A DNA stretch of 64,000 bases from contig CM119371.1 of NCBI GenBank assembly GCA_051294905.1, positions 14,510,001-14,574,000 on the forward strand, read 5' to 3'. This document shows, in pieces, positions 39,601 through 51,600 of the stretch; the first letter of the stretch is position 1, and each line of letters begins with the position of its first letter. Below the pieces are notes generated by a model. That model did no database searches. It worked only from the letters and a program-made list of their open reading frames with translations, and was not told the origin of the DNA. Made by a program: the position numbers and the translations under genes. Source of the DNA: Botryllus schlosseri. Its lineage: Eukaryota.

Positions 39601-42600
39601 TGACATTATTTGTTAAATTATAAAGTTCCAGCAGTTCAAATGACAGATCAGCCTGCGCTTTTCCTGTAGCACTCTCCAGAGTTCGATTGCCTTTCTCAAA
39701 TGCGTTGGAATGCGCAGACTATGCCAGCACTGCCGAGGCTTCAAATTTCCCTCCGAAACGACTTCTAGTGAGCTTTGCATCCCAGTGCAATGCAATGTGC
39801 CAAGTTGATCTGTTTCTTTGCCTTTTTGTTTCGTTTCCTTTGAACAATGTGATGTTTATAATGTGGCTGTGAGTGAATGATACATTTACAGTTGTATTCT
39901 TGCACGTGGTGATCCCGGCAATAGATGAACAATCTCGGGTAGGGTTGAGGAGTGTAGGATAGGTGATCCAACAAAATGACTATCAGTCTTAGGCAGTTTT
40001 GAGGAGTTCTAAGGCAGTGTACGACATGAAAATGGTGTCCTGAACTGACAATACTTTCTATAGTGAGGTTATGTAGCACTCCAACCGCAATAGCTACATA
40101 AAACCAGCTTATATATGACGTTTTACTAGCCTAGTCCGAATAGCGACACTCAAATTTTAGGGGAATCCCCTATTTTTAGCCGATATTCTTCCAGCTCAAT
40201 GTGCACACGGATGCACGGGATGAATTACGAAAAAAAGTACCTAGAATATGTTTTTATGGTATAAGGCATGGGAATCGGACTGAAAACCACGACATTTTGA
40301 AAGTCGATCAATTCTGAACAACCCTAGTGTGCACGGTTGTAAACTACGGTTGTTCTTGGGTAGGGATGGTGTGAACCTCTGAAAGGTTCGGGTTCGTGTG
40401 AACGCGAACCTTTTTGAAAGGTTCTGTGTGAACACGAACGTGAACCTCGTGACGTCATATTGCTAATTCCAACCCTATCTTTCAATGAAGTGATAGCCTA
40501 TATTATTGTACACGATATCCAGCGAAGACTCGGGCCACATAATGTCGCATTGCTGAAGTACATATTGGCGTTTTAAACGTCGCTAAATGTATCAACCGCG
40601 GTTATCAAAGGATATAATAATCTCATAAAATCAATACATTCGTCGTTTTGCAAACAATTTCGACGAGGACTTACCAGGAAATATAAGCTTACGCCTTAAT
40701 GGTCTTAGCCAGACCGGACAATGTGTTCGGAATCTGAGTATTGCTACATTGATATTGAGCTGAGTGTAAACGGGTTTCAATACTCGCTACCAATACCATA
40801 AACAACAAGTTATATAGCAGTAGCCAGCACCTTAATCGAACGGATTTGGTTTTAATGATACAGTAAAGATATGAAGTCGAGATTGACCCCATACGCCCGC
40901 TCGATTTTTTACATCAGAAAACGATATCAATGTCATTGATTGGTTGAATAAGCATCATTCGCTGACTACGTATATCGCTCGTGATGTTGTGTGATTGCGG
41001 GTCAAGCTCACAGCAGAGAGTCACTAAATATTCACAGACGGAAAGCTGGATATTTCGAGAAATTTTCGGTAACAAAAATGCAAGTAAATCCTTTAAGGTT
41101 GTCATGGTGCATGCTCGTTTAGTGTTGATTTTTTATGCTGCCAGCGCCATGCATAGAGTGACCCACAGTTGAAATGCAATAAACTTGAACCAAAGATCTT
41201 ATAATAGACACTTACGTGACCTTTGACACGAACCAATCATGTTGCAGCAGGATGTAAACAAAGAACAAGGCCGGGCAAGCTTACTTGAGCTCTTATGGAA
41301 AAAGGTTGAAAAATGAAGGTTTTAAGCAAAATTACGTTGAATTGGGGAAGACTGGCCTTAATGAATAGTAATAGCGTAGAGCTAGTATGTAGTTGCAGCT
41401 TTTAGTCTAGGATGAACATGAATGGTGGCAAGTACGCATCAGCGTGCTGTGTCCAAATGCATGGATTTTTGTAGGATTTTTGACAACTTTTCGGATCAAG
41501 CGACGATTGTTGTATACTATACTATAGGATTGTGGTAATGGATATTTTGACGATTTCATAAGCTCCAGGTCTCGAGCGAAATTTTCAAGCATATCTCATG
41601 TTCAGAAATAGATGCTATAAAATACAGCTGCTGCCACACATCACAATTTTAGTGTATTGATTATGAAACTTGAAAGCTATGGAGATTTTATCGAATTTCT
41701 GGATTTGAGTGGAACAGCATTTTCTTCTAACACCGCGGAGAAAGCTACGAAGTATTTCATGGAGCGCTACGTACACGACTTAGGGACAAAGATTGAGGAG
41801 ACAATCCACTCTTTGTGGAAGCAATATTCTAGTGAAAAGCCAATGTTATCGCAACCTGCGGAAAAGTGAGATACCACACTCAATGGAAATACACATTCTC
41901 AGAAAATCCATTATTGATTCGTCTTGCACTTGTAAGACAGGGTAAGTAAGGAAAAAAACATTTTGTCAGAGACTCCTGCAATAGATATTGTAACCATGAT
42001 TTATTTTCACATTAGGTACTGATATATGCTCTCATGTATATGCATTATGCATTGATTAAGACAATCCAGCACCTGAAGCTACAAGGACTACATTGTGATT
42101 TGCATCAGCATCAGTGAGCTCGATCGTGATTGACAAGCAATCTCTCGACCGTACTCGCAACCGATCAACTCCTGCCTCAAGGTAGATTTTGGTGTATCTG
42201 GTGTCTTCAGTTTTATAACATTCCACCAAATGCAAATAATCCTAGAACATATTCACCTGGAGAATTGTTCATTCAACAAATTGGGCATCTAAATGAGCTT
42301 CAATGCACACCACTGGAATATATAGTATGAATAGACATGCACTGTTGGTACACATTAACCATGGCACCGCGCAATTACGATCCGTAGCATGCTATTAGGC
42401 ATTACGATATTCACAATGGAACTGAATTTTCACAATTGCTGAATATGTTGCATCATTCATTTTCAATTTTCAATCTTGAATTATAGAGTAAGCAATTAGT
42501 CCATATTTGGTTAGTTGATACACAATGCTGCATAGTATGACACCAGACAAAATTTTATCCTCCTTGATTCTTCCGATCAGTTGTTCAATACGAATACGTT

Positions 42601-45600
42601 GTCTCGCCATCTTTCTTGTTGTGGAACAGTCTGGCTCAGGCATTTGACAGTGTGCCAAATCATGTGCAGGAATATTTAAATCTAGATTCAATTTCTTGAT
42701 TTCAGACTCAATGGTGAATCCCTTTACTGCCATGATAGCATTTCCTGGTTCACCTTAGCTGAACTCCATCATTTTCTCGCATTTCTTGTCGAATCCACAT
42801 ATTTCACTAATATTTCGATCTGGAATGGTCCCTTCCCTGTGAACAGTTCCTGCACAAAAGTAAGTGCGCCACAATCCATCAATCCTTTCAAAGTTGTATG
42901 TGATTTATTGACAGTGATTAATCATTCTAGTTTTGAGAAATCATGAATGAATGCCAATGGTGCATTTTTAAGAACCACATATCTACATGGCCCAATCGAA
43001 ATTGAATGAAGCAGTTACATACGGTTGACCCAATGGTTTAATACTATGCTTACAGCAATACTATAAATTTGACGTCAGTAGGATAAGTAGGGCAATTCAG
43101 AAAGAATTTATTGTAGTCTAGCATAAAATTTCAGCTTCTCCGCATCTTTTGACGTTATGATGCTTCACTGAGAACTGACCTTCACAAGCAATAATTGTCC
43201 GTCAATTTGAAATTTTCCTGGACGAGTTTCCTGTTTTGTGCTTCTACTTCTTCCAGAAATTTGATTTTCTTGCGTTTTATCCATCGACTTCCTCTTTCTG
43301 CAGCTTCATTAAAGATATCCGTCAAGCCTGCACAAAATATATAATATGTTTATTTTACAGAGCAACACTGCTGTACAGGCACCTATCAAGGCGTACTCGT
43401 CCAACTCATGCAACGTATCACCTCTATTCTTGAATACGATGCTCTCGACAATTTCAATCCATTACACACCATCAAGCAGCAAATCTGGAGTGGAATAAAA
43501 CGAGACACACACCAAGTCGATTGTGGCATCAAGTGTGACAGCATTTCAGATTGGACTCATTTTGAAAGACAGAATTGTTTCATCTAAATTATGTCACGAA
43601 TCAATATTTTTGGTAGAATAATAGATATGTCATTTTATTAATAAAATGAGAATTCAGATGACTACAAGGAAGTCCACATGCCTTTATCCAGATTTTACAT
43701 TATTCCATGCATGTTATTGGCTCTGGGAAAGGTACAAGCGCACACCAGGAACGGTCTGGGTAGCCATCTCTTAAGTTACACAGGCTATTAGCACAGTGTT
43801 TATCTGGCATTTGTCCTGATTGATTCAATATACATTAGCTAGAACAAAAATTGACGATTTCAGCTGGGAACAGATCATATTGCCCAACATATATCATATT
43901 AATATGATCATTGAATATGCAGACCAGTGTAACAGTAATTTGCTAGATAATGATGCAGACTGTAGACTGTACTATATACGATTCCATAAATAGAATGCAT
44001 ATAACGCCAAGCCCACATAATGAATACCCCAAATATCCTGACTCAAGATTAATCTAATACATGCAATTCGGTACGACAATCTATTAGTATACGACTAAGG
44101 ATAATACAGCAATAGTTGCTTCATCCGAAAAGTTGTCAGAAATCGATTCATTTGGACATACCTTGCTGATGAGTGCTTGCCACCATTCATGTTTATTGTA
44201 CGTTAGAACACTGCAAATACATACTAGCTCTACGCTATTACCATTCACCAAAGTCAGCTATTGCCAATTCAATGTAATTTTGCTAAAAACCTTCATTTTC
44301 CTACCCTTTTCCATAAGCGCTCATAGTAAGCTTGCCCGGCCTTGTTCTTTGTTTACATCCTGCAGCAACCTGATTGGTTCGTGTCAAAGGTCACGTAAGT
44401 GTCTATTTAACAAAAAGGTTCACAGTGCAGAACCTACCAAGGTTCTGTTGTGAACGCGAACCTCTAAATTTCCGAGGTTCACACACAGAACACGAACGTG
44501 AACCTCACGTTCACACCATCCCTATTCTTGGGTCTTGCGTCGAGTAAATTAGAACTATGTCTAGAATTCAAACACATCCAAGTAAGTTCTTTAGCGACTA
44601 TGATTACATCTACTTTGACGAGAGGAAATGGAAAAATTCAAATGGATACTACTGACGAACACAAAGTGCAAAATGGTTTTATCAGATTTAGGTGTAGGAT
44701 ATCTTTTCGATTTCTTTACCAGAGTGTGTTTTACAAATAATTCCAGTACACCTAACTATAGGATACATTTGGCAAACATCGTGTAAATTGTTTCTTTGTG
44801 ATGGTAACGACTTTCGGTGGCTTAGTTTCATGTCGGGAATTATTATTTGAGGGTTCAAAAACAATCAATACTACAAATGAACAACAATACAAAACACGTT
44901 TAGTGAATTATAGTGTAGCAAGTACTTCCTTGATATTACGATTGTTGTGCACCAGACATTTCTAGCTGATTTGAATGCATCTAGCAAACATATTCCAATT
45001 TACTTTTGTAATGATCAAAGTCTTAGAGTGCGACCTCGTGATATTTTACATTTAGCGTGTATTATAGAAAAGTGTGAGCGGAGTTGAGTATTAATCGTGT
45101 ACTTGGTGTAGTGCTTTGATACCAAAGAGATATTTTCGCCCTGTGTAATGTTTCAATTCTCTGTTGTGAATTCCGATAGTAACGACATTGATGTTAAATC
45201 CTCACCCGTGGTTATTGTAAGTGAATCCTAAACATCGCAACAGTCGGTATGGAAATCGAACGCGTGCGTACTTTTAGATAGGCGACACTAACAAGTTTAT
45301 TACATCCGTGAAATACTCTGAAACGTCGATTCGTGATTGTGTTAGCTATATTCATCTTCCATATCTGTGGGCACAAGGATATCTTGACTTCGGTTACAAC
45401 TCACTCGAAACGAATTGTCGCGGGTAATCTAAAAAAGCACAAGTCGAAGACGAATGATCTGATTTCAATGAACTAAAAAAGTCCTTTTGTTTTGATGTTG
45501 GATTTAATACAATTTGTATGACTATACCGAATCCGAATCCGAAAGTGAAATGTTACTTTAGTAGAAAAATTGGATGACTCGCATTTTGATATTGATAGAT

Positions 45601-48600
45601 GTGTAGAGTAATATGACTAGTTTATAAAATCTCGGTAATGTTGTCATGTCTGTGATCAATAAATATGTGATCAAGTCTTACCATTCGATATTAACTTTCG
45701 CAGTCGGTGTAATTTGTTGAAGTAACAATACCGACGAGTTCAATAATATTCTCCATCGACGCATTTGAATAATCCGTCAGCTACAAGTGGATTAAAAACT
45801 TGATGCCGTTTTGTGGTTAACTCAAGTCAGTGACCGCGTTTGTGTTGATTTCAGGAATGATCATGACGTGTTGGCCGGGTAAATTAGTTAATGCGGTTGT
45901 AACTATGACCGTAAAGAGTTGCTGACATTCCAATAAGACGAGTTGGTGGTATATGCCTAAAACCGAACTTGATATGTTTGTTGGTTGTAGTGATTACTTG
46001 CGTAGTCTTGTCTACTGTTCATAAGGATACTTTTTGTTTTGGTTGGGTAAGTTACAAACGGATTGACTTGACAAGGTTTTTTGTATTTTACTCTTTTGTG
46101 TATGGGAAGATGTTGAAATGTTGAGACGTAATACTATTTCCGTTCACTCGATTGCAACAAAAAATAACCTGATAGTTTGTTCAAGGTTTCGACAAATAGA
46201 TTGAAATATTCCGATTTAACTCATCGCGTCACAAGTCGATCGCGGTATGCACAAGTGGTTGTCAAGTTCGAAATATTTACAACAGGTGTTATTTCATTGA
46301 TTGATTCTATTGTGTGTAGTAACACATTAAAATATCGCGATAGTATTTACTGAAACTGATAAACGGAAAACTCAGTCGTGAATAGAGTTGTAAGTTTCAA
46401 GGATTGTTTCAAAGTACGATCTTGAAATGTGACTGGATCAAAGTTGGTAGTCATGTTTGTCAATATATTTCAATTCAGACTATGTCAAAGTCCAAATATT
46501 TCATTTTGGATTATCTCGATTTACCTTTAGTACATCCCACGAATGGATTCCGACGCCGCGCTATAACATTTTTGATGATAAGGACTCGAGGATTTTCATG
46601 ATAGAGTTGACGAGTGATTAGATGCGTGTTTTTGTTAAGAGTTTGATTTCATGTTGATAAAGACAATAACTGTATAATGCACATACTTGTGATTCTTGAT
46701 TCTTGTAGAATTATAGTTGGTATTGATTCTATAAGTGTGAAAACAGCGGCGCGGAATGTGTGAATAATTCGATGTGGCTGAAAGTCGGTGTCAGTAATAT
46801 TCGGGTTATGGTCGAGTCAAAAGATCACGTAAAGATTTCTCAAAATAATTAGAATTGTACCGAATTAACACATTCAGATACGAATCAACTTGGTTTGTGT
46901 AGTAAGTTTCATTTCGAGTTGGCAAATTGATACATTGATTGAATATTCTCATAATTCTTATCGCGCAACTAAAGTCAGCCACTATTCGAAGTGTCAAAAC
47001 ATATAGCGACCACCAGAAAGTGTCAAATTGTTGGTTTTCGAATCACCGGCTATGCCGGCTCTGTGGTAAACTAATTACCGAAATATTACCTTGTGAGTGA
47101 TCGGTATGTCTTTAACACCAAGTCACTAAAATGGTTATGTCCGAGACATTATCTTGTTAGCGATCGCGGGATTTGTAATCTATTTTACACTTTTTGAAGT
47201 GTTAATTTACGAGTGTGGGTATTTGTTGGTTGCTTTTCGTGTCGCTGCTGAATACTGAATACTCCTGAATGTAACAGTGCCGACTGGATTAGTGGAATAA
47301 TCGATACGATAGTGCGCGCTCCGAATTTCCAAAACGGACGTATTTAGTGGGTCACACAGATCCAAAATACAACCGCCAACATCTGGTTTTCAAAATCGCA
47401 CAATGCACTGCGGATTAGTGAATTTCATGTTTAGTGATGCCTATACCCGAAAGTATGATATGCGAGAGATGTCTATACCTAAAAGTACGATTCACGACCG
47501 CACCCATAAGAACACATGGTGAATCAGCAGAGACCCTGTAAGAATACATGACAGACACATTACCGTCGTTAGCATGTCGCCGCGCGTATACCTAAAAACA
47601 TTAGCATGCCACCACGAGTTTCACGTTGGTATGCCGCCGCCGCCTGTACCCAAAAGTACGAATCACCAACGCAGCCTATACCTGAAAATACGAGTTGACA
47701 CCGGTTGAGCGATGCCTATACTCGAAAGTACGAATCACCGCCACGCCCATAAGAACACATGGCGAGTCACCACAGATCCCGTAAGAATACACGACAGGCA
47801 CATCATCGCCGCGGCCTATATCCACAACGTTAGTTCACTACGACACAGGAATCCGTGGGTACATCATCGCCACAGCATATATCTGAAAGTGTACCATCAT
47901 CACCACATAGGCACATCATCACCACATGGGGGTCTGAAAGGGTACCATCACCACCACGAGTTTCCAGGCACCTCACCGCCGCAGCCTATACCCGAAAGGG
48001 TACCATCATCACCGCATCCATAAGAACACATGGCACCTCACCGCCGAGAGGGGGGTCAAAAGGGTGCCATCACCACCACGAGTTTTCAGGCACCTCACCG
48101 CCGCACCCATAAGAGCCCCTGCCACATCACGAGCGATCATACTTACTACTGTCGTGTCCGTGGAAATAGCGGCCAAGATGATAATCTGAACGGACTGTTT
48201 TGAAATCTGTATGGAGGGACAGCGTATAGGCGAAATATTTTAGGAGTGACGTGACTTATTTAAAAGCGGTCGATTTCACGCTTTCACAGTCAAAAACGGG
48301 AATAGCAAAGGTGTTCTTTCGCAAGTACGGAAGGAATAAGACTATAACATATTCTTTGGATCTCAGTTTGGATAGGAAGCGATTAAACAACGACTTCACG
48401 TCACTTAGGCCCTATCATACGTTACCATAGGTAGGAATCGTATGGTACCATTCAGTCAAGTCGATTCAGTATCGGTGGGAATGCCAACATTAAGTTAGCT
48501 ATATACCAATTTAACCTTAATTTTTTCCAGGGAGATATCGTACGATGTTGAATACGGCATTGTTTGCATGTGCGTTGGTTGCGTGGGATTGTTCGTTACT

Positions 48601-51600
48601 TCAATTGTGTCAGCAATATATGTCGTTTATCGTGATACGCCGATAGTCAAAGCCTCCGGCAATGTAAGCTTTAGAAACTATAAGTATATCTTTTGGCCTG
48701 GAAATACCTAGTCTTAACCGATGGGACTTCGAGTGCTATGATAGCGGTATGTCAGTGTTCGACTATTCGTTGACCGAATATTGGGGTCAATCATTTTATA
48801 CCATATAAACTGTAAATGAAAAGGTGCATGTGTTTTGCAGATTTGCAACAATTGCGTGGTATGTCAATCACGTTTGTGGCAGTTTTAGTACACGATTTAA
48901 CTTCTACGCCCATAACAGTTGCTAGCAATAAGACCAAATAAATTCATTCCTGTAATGCTTTATACATGGGGTTCGGATGTTTCTGCCTGTCTGAGCCACC
49001 CGCAAGAAATCGCAAAAAGGCTGTACACGTAAACAGACCCCCATCTCACTTCATGCGTATAAGACCTCGTGTGTATGTTTGTATTTGGTCATTCGCACTA
49101 ACTGATGTAAGTGTAAAGTAAATGAGGTACCAGAAAGCGCCGCTGGATTGACCTGCATGCCACGCTATGGTGCAAATGTTAATAGTACATATTTGCAGTG
49201 TGGATTAGCTGCATCACAGGATTTATGACACGATCACTGTACTGTCGCGAAATTTCTCGCTTTGTAAACCACCATCTAGCGGCAGCGAATAACAATGTTT
49301 GAAATATCAGGATTTGACACGATTCATAAAATGTTTCTGTATGTACTGTACATGTACTCACGAAGTATGAGCATTCGTGTATTTCGCAGCGCATAAGGTG
49401 CAAATCTGGTGAATGACACTTTCCGGTACAAATTATGCTTCCACACCCATTCAAATGAGTCAAAAGAAGTCTACTGAGAGAGACAGACATCGTCTGGGTG
49501 GAGTGCTATCTACATTCATGTATCACACCAGGTGCCGCAATGTTCCCTCTAATTTTTCACGAGTCTGCGCAAATACGCCAACTCACTGCGCAGGCCCTTG
49601 GACAACAGTGCGCAACCAGGCCCCCCATAGGGTGATAAACCGAACTTCTGGGGGGCTTCGCCCCCCAGACCCCCCTCGGGCTACACGCTTTACCCCGCTA
49701 CTAATCATCTGTGTCTGGTCTTCGTTTAGTGGGCGTTCCAACTAAACGCGCGAAGCGCTCAAATTTTCTATAATTCATGATCAAATCGGTCAATATCATC
49801 GAGAAATGCATATATTGCTATCAATTTTAATCCTGTTTCTGCTCACGTAATCACATTTACAGGTAAAGCTGATCGAGTGAGATGTGTTAGTAGTATAATT
49901 GCTCGCTCGTGAAGCGTAAAATACCGGAAGTCAAGAATGTTGCATTTCGAAGCCAGAAACGCAGCATTTTGAGCTAGCTAGCAGTCGAAAATCAGCCTAT
50001 GGAGCTTCGGAAAAGCGTCATTGTGGTGCTTCATGGACGTGCATTGTGTATTTCGTGGAACTAATTACACTGTATATCGTGCATATTGTTGATTTTCCAC
50101 GATCGGTTTTGAAAACAGGTGTTTTTAATGTGTAGTGACCTACATATTCCGCGGGGACAAATGACTATGGTATCCTGTCCACTGAATCACTATAGTGGTT
50201 ATATCGCGAATTGTTTCCCGTGGAATAGGTTGGTCTAGAAGCAATCCGTGAGCGTACACAATACGAACCAAATACAACCGCTCAGCGCAAAACTGACCCA
50301 CTGTGTTAAGTATATCACGAATCACAGATGTATACATTTAATGTGTTTATTAGGCACCTGTAATCAAGCTCTTTACAAAAACACGAACAATTTTATCATT
50401 CTCACATTTTTTATCACCAAAATAATTTAGATACTGTTCAGTTGAAAAACCTTGAGATCTTTTAATTAAATATGAAATACAATGATCAGCGCACATATCA
50501 GATTTTTTACTTTGAAGCTGTTGCCTGGTAACGGTGAAGTCCTCTGGACCTAGAAACTCGACTATCTGAGGTTTTAGGGGTGGGATCATAACCATGTTAG
50601 CTATAAAAACGCTTCTACTATATATGTGTAGATTTCGCGCCCCCTTATCGTCATATCACAAAACGCAACCAGCATGCTATAGCCAACCTAACGGATAGTT
50701 TGGTGGCATGGGAGGTTACGACTATTGATGAGAGATTTTTAAATATGAAATTCATACTAAAATACAGAGCTATAATTATGAATTGGAAGTAAATCGCGCA
50801 GAGTGCGAGAAAATTTTTCAGTTGAGCTCAGCGTCGCGATCCCCTTCAGATGCTTTCATGACCTCAAGGGGCACGGGTCCCCCAGGTTGAGACCCACTGC
50901 CTTAGAATTATCATGGTGAAATATAGCCTTCTAAGAATAAGTTTAATCAAGTCCCCGCATTAATTCGATTTTTAGTACGCATTTTATCAATATTTTAGTA
51001 AGTTTCTTCAGACTCTCGCGGGCCGCACAGTCTAGATATCCCTGAAAGAAGGTTTGGTTACTTCTTGTGACTTTAATTGTAACGGTATAATTTGCTACTT
51101 TGACTTTACTTTGAATCTGGATTAGGCATGTGAGGTACGTATAGGCTGCGTAATCGCGGCATGTTAACGAATGGGCTTGATAGTAAACGAATTTCAGCTT
51201 CAATTTATACATCCTATGGTTTTAGTCCATACACAGCAACATTAAAAAGTAGGTTTTATATTTTCAATTTCAAGCAACCTTTCGCGGGCCGTACAGAATA
51301 GCTCCGCTGGCCGAATTTGGCCCGCGGGTCGCACTTTGCTCAGGCCTGGTATAGGGTATCTTGGGTTTGGAGAGGTGAATAAGACTTTAGATTAGTTCAT
51401 TATCTCCCATCCACTACTACCATATGCATCGTAGTGCTCCGACAAGGCAAAAGTTCGTTTAATCCTGGAAGTCGTCATTTTGTGGCTATTTCCCTGAAAA
51501 ATTGCGTTAAATAATCCCCAAAGGCAACACGCTTTCAATATCAAATATACTGCCCCTCAATATCCCCTCTAATTTTTCACGAGTCTGCGCACACTCAACA

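Larger units (their letters stand above)
36003..40326 (-). mobile_element. Decayed hATm-like transposon with about 530-bp inverted ends
   Basis: TAGGGTTGTTCAGAATTG...CAATTCTGAACAACCCTA; TSD GTGTGCAC; minus-strand motifs VFDTTPSNNG, ACRHHIYELV, KPGA....WM, HHWHL, IVNGAAERLVKL. Confidence 0.9.
31617..48150. mobile_element. Non-autonomous Polinton/Maverick-type element with long inverted arms
   Basis: Starts AGTAGT, ends ACTACT, perfect 6-bp TSD GTCGTG (31611-31616, 48151-48156). The TIRs share GGCTCTTATGGG.GCGGCGGTGAGGTGCCTG.AAACTCGTGGTGG and have GC-rich subterminal tandem repeats. Inverted homology runs 31617-34887 vs 45673-48150. Confidence 0.9.

Noticed and set aside
34888..45672. Search for pPolB, integrase or capsid remnants in the Polinton centre (e.g. 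LYDYTES near 45515)
   Set aside because: Only isolated weak resemblances with no ordered motif series; these cannot be supported without a profile search.
47712..48112. His/Pro-rich ORFs (HHHH runs)
   Set aside because: They are translations of the Polinton subterminal tandem repeats, with mirror sequence in the left arm and no protein-family features.
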